A stretch of DNA of 64,000 nucleotides from Lytechinus pictus (taxonomy: Eukaryota). Positions 1 to 11,713 of the stretch are shown here, one piece after another (the first letter of the stretch is position 1; every line of letters begins with the position of its first letter). The stretch spans positions 8,494,001 to 8,558,000 of the forward strand of contig NC_087256.1 in assembly GCF_037042905.1 (NCBI RefSeq). Direction: 5' to 3'. The position numbers and the translations under genes are program-made. A model generated the notes under the pieces. It did not search any database, was not told where the DNA came from, and was given only the letters and a program-made list of their open reading frames with translations.

Positions 1-919
1 AGAGACTCAATAATCCCGTCCATCGACTCGAATACTTTGGGAATACTGTCAATATTGTCTCATTAATCTGTTTGATACACAAAAGTTCGTTTCTTTGCAT
101 TTTATTCATTGCGTGAATTCAGATTTAGCGTACTCTGTAGTTAAAAGTATTATACTTTCTACTTAGAGAAAAAAAAAAATATCTCTCATATATTTCTTTC
201 AGATCAAATTCATAACTTTCATATACAGCATCAGGGGGTACGCCAAGGGGAGGAGGGCAAGAAGAAGACTGTCCCATATGATTTTTCAGGTATAGAAAAA
301 GACTGTAAAATAAATTGAAAGAAAGCGAAGAAAGAAGACCAAAGAGAATACAACTGAGAGCGATTTTTTTTTGTTTAACTATTATAATACCCCTATTATT
401 CAATCAAGAAAACATGTTGCTGCCTTTAAGTCGTCTTGCTCCTCCCATCTCCATGGAAAATAATCCCGCCGCCACCCCTTCACATCACGTTCTTTTTTCA
501 TAATAATCTTTCATTTTATTTGACAATTTCATTAAACATTTGAAAATAAGTCATGACAAGATATATATTTAACACGGACTTTCACTGCAAGTGAACTATA
601 TATATTTTTGTTCGACTCTCCTAATGTAAATGTGTGATCAATTTTTAATCATTATCAATGTAAACTTCATGTTATCAAGCCTTTGGGCAGTCATTTGTTT
701 TAATGAATGCAATTCTACTACCAATAATAATAATGCTTTATTATTGCTAATGATTATTCTTGTTCTTTTCGGTTTTTATTTTTTACTATCACATTAATCT
801 TGTTAAATTATGTTATCCTTTATATCGATAGACACCCAGTAATACTTCCCAATAAGCGTCAAACTAATCTTCATCTATCTTTTACAGTAATTAAAATACA
901 TTATTGAGAAGTCAACATC

Positions 920-1893
920 ATGCCTGTTCCCTTCATCAGGATGTGTACAACGAGATGTAAACGTCTCTATACCTTAATAGTGATGATCATCACAGCCTTC
1001 CTTGTCCTTTACGCTATGGTGTCCCTCGGAGGGAATGGTAAGCAGTATGGAACTTTGGGAAACACGACGGGAGTATAGAGGACGGTAGATTTAAATAAAA
1101 TCTTATTGCGCATGCTCAGTTCTGAGAAAATCAATGGATGCGCAGATCAACTTAAATCCGAATATTCTATCGTCTTTGCACCCTTTTGTGTTTTTGATAC
1201 CAACTCTAATAAACGATTTTTTGTTCAAATTGGTTCATGAAAGGCAGTACTGCCATTTTAATGATTGCCTACCCTGCAACTGAACTGATTCGTTTGTAAG
1301 GCTACCCGGGGGGCCACTTCCATTGACGAGTGGATACCATGCGCGACCATGGGGTCTCAAAAAGCACCCTAAACACGTATTTTCCATATTCTGAAAATGC
1401 ACCCCTTAACACGTATTGGCGTGTGAAACCCTACCCTTAACAAGTATTGGAAACAAAACAATACTCTTGGCAAGTATTCGAAATGAACCCCTAAACAAGT
1501 ACAGGAATATTTTGTCACGGGTCCTTCGGTCGTTGGTTTTACATATCATTTGCTTTAGTACGACCCCACCTTCCACACCTCGTGCAAATCGGACTCTAAA
1601 TAAAAAGTGTTGGGGCAAAAAGGACATCCTTTACACTAGCGTACCTACGGGGGGGCAGAGGGGGCACTCTGCCCCCCCTGACGAGCCACAACCCATACAA
1701 AAGACATATACCTGCCCCCCCTGACGAGCTTAAAAGACCTTTTTTGCCCCCCCCCCCCTGACGAACTTGAAGACCTTTAATGCCCCCCCGAAGAGCCTGA
1801 ATATCTTTTTTATTTATTTTTTTTATTTTTTTTTATTTTTTTTTGCTTGTCAAATTATTTTATGGTACGAAAACCTAAAAAAAAATTTTGAAG

Positions 1894-1927
<34 letters not shown>

Positions 1928-4900
1928 TGTCAAATTATTTTCTGCTACGAAAACCTAAAAATTTTTTATTGAAGACCTTTTTTTTTTTTTTTTTTTTTTT
2001 GGCTTGTCAAATTTTTTGGCGGCCGATTTTGCCCCCCCTGTGGAAAATCCTAGGTACGCCACTGATCCTTTATAAAACATTTTAATTTTGTTTATCATCC
2101 CCACAAATTTGACCCTAAACACGTAACTTTCCTAGCGAAAGAGATACCTTTTTTTCATTATTTTTGTGTTTTTGACACCCTTATCACGTTACGTACGTAA
2201 CGTGCCCTCTCTTGAAAAAGACATCCTTTTTACGTGTTTTTTTGGTCGCGCATGGTATCCACTCGTCAATGTAAGTGGCCCCCCGGGTAAGGCTATGTAG
2301 CCTATATACCGTTATTGAAACTTGTTTCACCCCACCCCTTCCCTTGTGGTACAAATTATTCTCCAACCCAGAATGGCATCAGTACTGGCGTCCACGGGGG
2401 TATGAGGCAAAGATTAGGTATAGAAGGAGTTTTAACGAACATCATAATGCAGAAATATGAAGTACACTTAAAAATACCAATGTTGCAAATCAATCATTTA
2501 TATTTTATACGGCTCGGTGTAAAAATGACAGAGGTAAAAATGGCAAAGGTAAAAATGACAGAGGTAAAAATGGCAGAGGTAAAAATCGCAAAGGTAAAAA
2601 TGACAGAGGTATAAATGGCCATTCTTAAACCCCCATGCCAAAAAAAAATCCAAAAGCCCCTCCATGTACAGTAGATTAAATAAGAAAGGTTCTGAGAAGA
2701 AAATTAGAATTATAATGTTGGACTAATGGAAAGGGTAACATTTTAAAGTCATACTGTAGATCTTCTGCACCAAATTGATAACACTTGAGTTGGTATTTGT
2801 TACTTTTTCCTGGACTTACATGTACGGCCTTCTCATGTCAAATCACTCCTCTGATATTCAAATTTGAAGCACACTGCGGATCCCAAGTATTGTACTTAAT
2901 TCATCAAAGGGGAAATTCACCCTGACAAAGTTTATTGTAAAAATAGCAGAAAACAATTTAAATGATATTGTTGAGGGTTTTAGTGAATCCTCAAAGATTT
3001 AAAAAGCTAATAGAATTTTATATTATAACGGTGACGTCATGCATTTGCAAGCAGTTGTTCCCATATATGGTGTAATAAAAATATCAATGAAATGTCCCAA
3101 AAAAATGAAAATGTTTTTTATGGTACCTTAAGTATATCAACATACAAATCATTTCACATACGTTCCTGAAAGATTTCTTTAGCAATCATGAACCACTGAT
3201 TAGAAAATTGAAAAGAGTACATTTTGGTGCATAAAATACGAGGCAGTTGCATGCTCGTATATGACGTCACAGATAAAAAAAAAAACTTCAAATTTCTAAT
3301 ACCTTTCTTAATCTTTGATGGGTTTTCCTCAAACCTTCACCAATATTTTTTTTGCTATTTTTACAGTAAACCATTTGTCAGGGTGAACTTCCCCTTCAAA
3401 ACAGGTCGATAGAATGGTACCTAAGAAACACCTGTATTATTTGTTTACCTCTGCCATTTTTACTTCTGCCATTATTACCTCTGTCATTTTTACCTCTGCC
3501 ATTTTTACCTTTGCCATTTTTACCAGGCACCATTTTATACACCCCTGTCCATCAAAATGATAATGTCGATTTCTGATATCTCTGATATTTATCTTCTTTT
3601 TCACTCAGATGAGAAAAGTGATAATTTGGCGGATGTGGTAAAGACACGGAGTGAAGGTGCCCCCATTGAACCGCAAGAAATACTGGTAAGAAATATCATG
3701 GGACTGGCCCATTTTAAGCATAGGGAGGGGTCTACTATATACTACCACATTAGGTGGTAGGATTTCAGGAGCAAATTCCGGCTGAGGATTGTGTTTTTCA
3801 TTTTCGTGGTATTGTCAGCGATGAATTAAAACGATATAACATGTATAATGATTCTTTTCATTTTGATGTCATCATCGTAACACGTTAAAGGGGAATGAAA
3901 CCTTTGGAACAAGTAGGCTTGTGTCGAAACATAAAAATCAAAGAATAGGAACAAAGAAAGTTTGAGAAAAATCGGAAAAATAATGAGAAAGTTATGAGCA
4001 TTTGAATATTGCAATAACTAATGCTATGGAGATTCTCCAATTGGCAATGCGACAAGGATGTGTGATGTCACATGTGAACAACTTTCCCTTTGATGGACTA
4101 TAAAATACCCTCAAAATGTCTCTTTTTGCTTTTTCTTATGGTGATACAAACTCTTTATCCATGATGTATTATTTAAAAATTTGTATTACATGCCCTCCTA
4201 TAAACAAGAACACATTATCTACGGATAGATGTGATAAAAGAGGCAATTTAAGTGAAATACATACTAAAGTAATGGGGGAAGTTGTTCACAAGTGACATCA
4301 CACATCTTTGTCGCATTGCCAATTTGAGGATCTCCATAGCATTAGTGATCGCAATATTCAAATGCTCATAACTTTCTCATTATTTGTTTCTTGTTTCAAA
4401 GGTTTCAATCTCCTTTAAATTATCACTTTCATAGTCATTATCAATGGATTTGAATTTGATGATCACAGTCACATCCGTCATTGTACGAGGAGGGGGGGGG
4501 GGGCGGTCGACTTCCCCCAATATGATTTTAAGATTTGTTAGATCTTTCAACTTATCAGGAAAATAGAAGAGGGAAAACTTTTAAAAGGGAAAGAAAAAAG
4601 AATGGTATTGAAAAGAGAGGGCTGGTTCGTAGCAATTACACCTTATTTCCCTATTGAGAGAAAGAAAAAAAAAACATTCATGTCCTTTTACCCTATTAAA
4701 AAACACCGCCGCCTTTCTACATACATGCATCATTTTCAATATCGTCATCACTAGTACTTTTCCTATTTCCCATATCCCAGGAAAAGGTAAAAGAGGTGAT
4801 AGAAGAAGACATACAAGGAACACAACAAACAGGAGACGACGGGGCTGAATTAAACGACAAACTCTTCGATAACACCGAGGAAGGAGAAGATGAGAGACCT

Positions 4901-6061
4901 GAAGAAATAATTGGTTGTGACGCCTGTGGAGAAATCATTGAGGATGTGGCTCTACCACTTGAAATGACCACCAGGCGGATTGTAGCAGAACAGTTCATTA
5001 CCGAAGGGTTTATAAATGAGAATGACACACAAGCGATCGGGATGAACCAAACACTAAGAGTGCTTACGCCAGAAGAGAAAGCATTGCGAAGACAGGAAAG
5101 GGAGAATAGGACATTAGAAAGAGAATCAGACAAGAGGAGGAGAGAAGCATTGAGGATAGAAACAAAGAACAACAAGACGATTGTTCGAATAGCCGAGAGG
5201 AGACGACAAGAAGCACTCTTCAACATCACCCGAGCTCAGAGTAAACGCAAATTCAGGATGGAAAATGCGTGTTCAAAGTCCGTCTACCTGAAGTACCAGA
5301 ACTTGCTCTACAAGGATACCCTGCGGCATCTGTTCGTGGTGGATAGTCAGAAACTGATGTTCTGTTATATCCCAAAGGTAGGCTGCAGCAACTGGAAGCG
5401 CATCCTCATGGTTCTCAGTGGCAAAAAGAACAGCATGGACAGTATCACATCTAGAGAGGCACACTCCAGGAACGGCTTGACTCGTTTCGGATCACTGTCC
5501 ATGGCCGAACAGTTCTACCGGCTCAAGAACTACCGAAAGGTCATGTTCGTCCGGGAACCATTCACAAGGATCATATCGGCTTTCAAGAACAAGTATAAAG
5601 ATCTGAGCGTGTTCCGCCAAGCACCGGAATACCTGAAGCAGTTCGCACGACGGATCATGAGGAAGTACCGTCCAGGAGCCTCTCCTCACGAACTAACGAC
5701 CGGTGAAAACATCACCTGGGCAGAGTTTACAGACTACCTGGCTGATCCTCTAGAGAGTCCTAACTTTGACGAACACTGGAAGGAAAGCTACAAGCTCTGC
5801 TCCCCGTGTAAAATCAAATACGACTTCATTGGCAAGCTCGAAAACATCGAGAATGAGGCGAATTATGTCTTGCAACATTCAAATTTTACCATGAACCTAA
5901 CATACCCAAGTCCATCAAATAGTCACCCGACAAACAGTGCTTCATTGAACATTAGTTATCTTTTCGAAGACTTCTCCAAGGAAAAATTGCAGGCACTTTG
6001 GGATATATACAGGATTGACTATGCACTTTTTGATTATGAGAAACCGTCGTTTGTGCCTTAA
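920..6061 (+). CDS. Golgi carbohydrate sulfotransferase, Sulfotransfer_2 family (CHST8-14/HNK-1ST-like); 3 coding exons, ~491 aa
   Basis: Exons 920-1037, 3609-3685 and 4781-6061; all introns GT-AG with compatible phases (1, 0). Exon 1 encodes a type II anchor (KRLYTLIVMIITAFLVLYAMVSL). Exon 3 has the 5'-PSB motif CYIPKVGCSNWKR, the 3'-PB motif FVREPFTRIISAFKNK, HW...LCSPC..YDFIGKLE, and a C-terminal Y..DY.LFDY. The exact paralog cannot be assigned. Confidence 0.93.
1305..2287. mobile_element. Non-autonomous DNA transposon (MITE) with ~45-bp TIRs and 8-bp TSD (hAT-like)
   Basis: CCCGGGGGGCCACTTCCATTGACGAGTGGATACCATGCGCGACCA at 1305 and its near-perfect inverse ending at 2287. TAAGGCTA is duplicated at 1297-1304 and 2288-2295. 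Confidence 0.85.
1634..2064. mobile_element. hAT-like MITE nested in the 1305-2287 element
   Basis: Ends CACTAGCGTACCTACG and CCTAGGTACGCCACTG; 8-bp TSD ATCCTTTA at 1626-1633 and 2065-2072; internal poly-T-containing repeats. Confidence 0.85.
2511..3531. mobile_element. Foldback/TU-like (Mutator-type) element whose TIRs are 15-bp tandem repeats
   Basis: (GGTAAAAATGGCAGA)n-like array at ~2518-2620 and the inverse array at ~3444-3525; 9-bp TSD ATTTTATAC at 2502-2510 and 3532-3540. Confidence 0.8.
2908..3395. mobile_element. Kolobok/T2-type MITE nested in the foldback element
   Basis: Ends AGGGGAAATTCACCCTGACAAA and TTTGTCAGGGTGAACTTCCCCT; 4-bp TSD TCAA (variant of TTAA). A related copy lies at 40485-41362. 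Confidence 0.75.
3889..4414. mobile_element. Kolobok/T2-type MITE
   Basis: TTAA|AGGGGAATGAAACCTTTG ... CAAAGGTTTCAATCTCCT|TTAA with long internal inverted arms; same family as 38843-39425. Confidence 0.8.
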
Positions 6062-6999
6062 GGAAGGACATTATCCTCTGAATTATGCAATTATTTGACA
6101 GTTGTTTCCCAAGACCTTATACTAATTTTAGTTTTCTTTAAAATACGTTATACGATGTTTCTCACTTGTACTCCTTAAAGTATCCAGGTCGGTGGTCTTG
6201 ATGAAAGCCAATGGCATGCATGCTACATCTTCCCATTGCATTGGAAAAGTAAAGAATAATACAGCTCTCCTTAATGATGGGACTCAAGTAGCCGCTTAGT
6301 ATTCACTGCCTTATAACTGAATTTTAACTGGTATGAAAACAGACACTTTTTGTCAAATTTACCGCGTTTTCATGAATCCAGTTCTTAAATAACGTCATTT
6401 ATTCCAAAAACAGGGAAACTGATCTAAAATAAAGTTATGCCACCTCCAACATGAGGCTCCAACCAACACCCTCCCCGTCCCTTGACCCGACACTATAATC
6501 CGTATCTTGTGTATCTAGCTTAGGTAAAACTTTCGTAAAACATGTTAAATTAAATTTACTCATTATTTTTAATCCTCTTTTTGGTAAATAATTATCGTAA
6601 TGGAAGATAAGCATTGTGCTCTGGCTTAATCCTGCATACTTTTGTATTTTTGGGGTTTATCAATAAAAGTATTCCTAAAGTTGCGCAAGACTTTACGATC
6701 TACTTAAGATAATCTCGAAGTACTCGGTAAGATAATGAACAAAAATAAAGAATTCCATTTAGATTTTTCGTAAACTGTTGTTTATTTTTACAATAATTTT
6801 GTTGATCTTAATTGATTTTTTCTGATGCTCGGTGATTGAAAATGCCACTTGATTTTCCATAATTATCTACACTTCACGAACATCTTCGTTAAACATAAAT
6901 TTGATAATCTTGAGAAATGAATCAAATACGAAACTACTTGATGTTTAAGAGCAACATGGCATTTGAAAATAAAACCCTCATTAACTTCCTTTTTAAAAC

Positions 7000-7200
7000 N
7001 NNNNNNNNNNNNNNNNNNNNNNNNNNNNNNNNNNNNNNNNNNNNNNNNNNNNNNNNNNNNNNNNNNNNNNNNNNNNNNNNNNNNNNNNNNNNNNNNNNNN
7101 NNNNNNNNNNNNNNNNNNNNNNNNNNNNNNNNNNNNNNNNNNNNNNNNNNNNNNNNNNNNNNNNNNNNNNNNNNNNNNNNNNNNNNNNNNNNNNNNNNNN
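7000..7200. other. Assembly gap (N run)
   Basis: Run of N. Confidence 0.99.
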
Positions 7201-9078
7201 AGTAATGTACTTAAATATGAAATATAGAACAATATAATACTGACACGAGTTGTCATTTCACATGAATGATTCCCTCGGATCAGCCAGTGTTGATTAAAAA
7301 AAAATGCAATTTAGCAACAACAAAATGTTACAGAACTTTTATTACAAACGGATTAGAAATTATACCACAATATTACAGTAAGCTTGAACAGCGCCATTTA
7401 AACACCATACTACTTCATACAGGCCTGGTATCCTTACCCAGGATGACACATTTTGTGATATAGTCTATATATAATCATCAAAATAGTGAATAATTTCCTC
7501 CTGATCTTTACAGCATTCTTATCACAAATATTTACCAAGAAATCGTGTTTCTATAGTGTGATTTCATGTATGCCTGCTTCCATTAGAGACAAAAATAACC
7601 ATCATATTATATTTAACTAAATTATGTTTCGGATTATTCGATGAAAGGGTATATGATTCAACACTATATGGCAGGATATATTCAGTGTGTACTGAGTTCA
7701 GTGTCCCTTGTCATGTTTTAAGGTATTATATTTAAACAAGTGAGCTGATGGCGACATATGCTAAAATAAAACGCTACGTATAATTCAATAAAGCACAATT
7801 TCTTATTAAATAGCTAATGTGAACCTGTTCCATATTTATCACGAGTAATGATTATGATTATGAGTTGAGTGATGATTTAAATGTTTAAATAGACTAGATT
7901 TGAATCGTATATTCATGATTCTCACTGTAAACGTTACTGGTTGGGGACTAATAGAGAGAGGGAGATTTATCAAAGGAGGGAGAGATAGATGGTACGTGAT
8001 GGCAGTGTGTATAGGGGAGGGAGAGGAAAAGAAAGACATACACAAACGCACAACAGAGGGTAAGAAATAGCGAGGGAAAGAGAGAGAGGGGGAGAGAGAG
8101 AAATGCGTAGAAGGGGAGACGCGATAATTAAAAACAAAATAAAATAAAACTGGCGGAGAGAGCTGCGGGAGAAAGATTGCTACTAAATTATAAACCCACA
8201 CGCACGCACACACTGACACTCACACACTAAAAATAGAAATTATCAAATAGCACCAAAGTATAACAACGATGAAATCAATATTCGAGTCCGTGGAATGGAA
8301 GCTCAATCCTACATGTTCAAAACGTCAAACCATATTCAGAAATGGATATAAATTAGTCTAGTGACTGTTGTTATATTCTAAAAAAATTGCTCATTCTATA
8401 ACTATACATACTAAGAAAAAGGGATACAATTTAACCCTTCAAACATCACCACTCTTGAAGATCCTTTTTTGGATGCAACTTTTCACCCTTTTAGACATAC
8501 CAATAGTGGAACAGTTAGCTACAGGGGGGAGATGAGAGACACATCAATGTACTGGATATGTTTAAAGGTAAGATAAATCAAAGTCCCCCTCTCCAACTTG
8601 TTTTATTTTAAGATAATTTTCCTTCTTTTTATGGAAAGTCTATGGGAGGGGCTAAACTTTAATTATCATTGTTCGCGGGAAAAACAAACAACGAGAACAG
8701 ATTGCACGGCGATCGATGAACAACACGCCCGTGTTTAATTATGGCAATGAGTAATAAATTGGGAGAAAGCGCCCATTGGCAATATTATCATAAAAAAGAA
8801 CGTTTCATTTCATGAAATCCTATCACCAAAAGTTGAAATCACAAAGTTTGCTTTATTAACTTGGAAGAACGTTTATACTACAGTATAGATTTTAGCTGGA
8901 ATGCGATCTGCGATACAAACGTTTTATTATTTATTGTATCAATACGCTACAAAAATAACAAGACTTTCGGTTTAATTGAAGTGACAATTAAAAACGAAGA
9001 GGAGCGACGGAACCAATTCCAAAATGACTTGATTCCCAAATGGATAGATCACTTCATTCTCTCGCGAATCATATTCGG

Positions 9079-11645
9079 ATGTCTTCTTGCCTGGATAAAA
9101 GATTCTATGTAATTTTATTACTTGCTGCAATTTCGATAACTTCAATGATGATTCTATTGTTTGGAAAAGGAGATTTTCTATTCAAGGAAAGAGAGTTTAT
9201 TATAAGAAAACGAGGTAAGTAGAAAATTTCTCATCTGATGGCACTGATGCAGAGTCCGCAACCATTTCAATTATTTTGTAAATTATACACATATATATTC
9301 ATATTATATACATACGATTTTGATAGCTGATTATTCAGGTTTTAAGTGGTTTTTTTAGTAGGAAAACTGTTCTCCATGAAACCATGAGCATTGTGATAAT
9401 TTTGTTCCTAAAAATCTATCACCGTAGACATGACATGTGTGATGGGGGCTCCCATGCATACGCTAGTGCCCTCAATGGAATATCAAACGAGATGATTCTA
9501 TTTTCTTTGGGATTTCCATCAGTTTTGACATTGATGGAACCTATATAACAGAGCCCCTAAGCCTGTCCAAAAACATATCTATTCCGAGGGTGAGTATGTA
9601 GGATTTTAGATTTCCTGAAAGGTAACAGGTTTCACAAAGAGGCACCATTGCCCAAGCAGTACACAGATGTCCATGCTCGAGTTACGAAGTCGACACCTTA
9701 ATCATGATAAAAGATCCTTTGCCTAATGTCCTATTGCCATGTCAGGTACAGGGGTGGTGCTTCAAGAGGACAGGGAATGGTCACCCCCTAAATGACGTTT
9801 CAAGTGGTGAAAAGAGAAATGGGAAGAAAGAATAAAAAGAGAGTATCAAATAGAGAGTTATGCGTATAATTGTCTGTTTTTTTAATATAAATGAGAAAAC
9901 ATGACGTCACCGTTAGCGTAGGTCTTGCCCATGATGCCCTGTATAATACACCACCCCTGATTCCTAATTAACAAACATTCATGCTTTATCATAACTGGAA
10001 AGTATAATGTTATACTGTATAAAACTTGAATGTATAGTACCGTTAGCTTTCAATAATTATATCCTGCACTGGTTTTCCAGTTGTTTGGAAAGACTCGAGC
10101 AAACTCACAATTTCAATCTACATGAATAATTATTTTGCAATATACTAAAATGCCAGTCATGTGGGTGTATACTTCTTTCGTCGAATATTGACTTTTTCAT
10201 ATTTACTTTTAGCATCATGGTGAACAAAACCAAAGTGGGTAACATATGGCGGTAGGTAAATAATAAAATAGGGAACATATAGTGTGAGGAAGAAAGTGCC
10301 GACGTGCGTTTACAAGCGCACATCAATCATAGCTCAATGATTGGTGATAACATGGACAATACAATGGTATGGTGATTTTGTTGTTTTATTTAATTGTTTT
10401 TATATCATTTAATTGGAACTCTCAAACTTGATACACAACTGCGAAGAAAGTTTATAAATGTATATAAACCTTAATCAGTTTCAGCGTCATTTATTACCCT
10501 CCCCCCATAGAAACATAATCTTGTCCATTTTGGGGGGCTATCACGAATCTAAAGTTTGTACTTTCATTATGCTTATTGCATTATCACCACCCGAAACCAA
10601 AAATGTCGTTTTGCACTTTGATGCACAAAATTTTCCATTTCCTTTTGATAGTATGCAAGCTTTCGCTATGCATGCACTAAGAACACTCTTTTATATTGCT
10701 TTTGACATGGTCATTATTAGGTACCTTGCCATGCAACTCGTCTGCATCAATCATTTTAGACCTCGTCCAATGTGCGTCGGCCCCAAACGAATGTATACTC
10801 GATTCTTTTGTATGTGACCTCATACCAGACTGCTCCGACCAATCAGATGAGAGCAACGCAACGTGTAGCGGAAGTAAGATTTCATCATTTTGTTCTTTTC
10901 TTTTGTTTATTACCATTTATCTTTGTGATTTATTAACAAAAAGCAAATATCCACAAATGGGAGGGGGGTGTCAAGTTTATTAGAATTGCGATATCCATAA
11001 TGAAAATTTAACATAAACATTCATGCTCCAGATGGAAAGTCTTTGATAAACATTTTAAAACGCTAAATAAATGAGTTGGAATTGACCCAAAGTAATAATC
11101 TGTGTAGTACCAATATCCAATTAAAACTATAAGCCTAACCAAAATTTCACATATCGAATAGATTTGAACCATCCCATATCGGCAAGAAAAATATTAATGA
11201 TTAAATCTCTCGAAAAATCAATGGCAAATGTTCCATGACTACGATTCACCCTGTCAATATACCATAACGCTCAAATCCCTTACCATCGGCTAATTACTCA
11301 TCAGTGTTGCAATTAAAAAAAAAAGGATAATTTGAGAATTACTAGATAAATGATTCTTTTCTGGAGTGGTCCTTCGCGACAGTTTAGCCTGTTTGAAAAA
11401 TAAAATCAAGATTATTACCTTTAGACTTATATCAACGATGTTTCACGATGGCAATTTATCCTGTCATCATCCACCTCTCTTCCCTCCCTCTTGTCTCATA
11501 GTTCCGAGTTGCAACGAGCGAGTTGTAGAGACCTGCATGAACAACGGATCATGCGTGTCTCATCCTCGTACCTCAAGACGTGTTGCATACCACAGCTGCA
11601 AGTGCACAGAAGGGTACACAGGTGAACACTGTGAAGTCTTAGCCC

Positions 11646-11713
<68 letters not shown>

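Noticed and set aside
2315-2614. ORF with VKMTE/VKMAK repeats
   Set aside because: Translation of the 15-bp TIR repeats of the foldback element.
4717-5229. 170-aa hydrophobic antisense ORF
   Set aside because: Shadow of the purine-rich sulfotransferase stem.
6917-7256. ORFs spanning N runs (also 51666-52178)
   Set aside because: Artefacts of assembly gaps.
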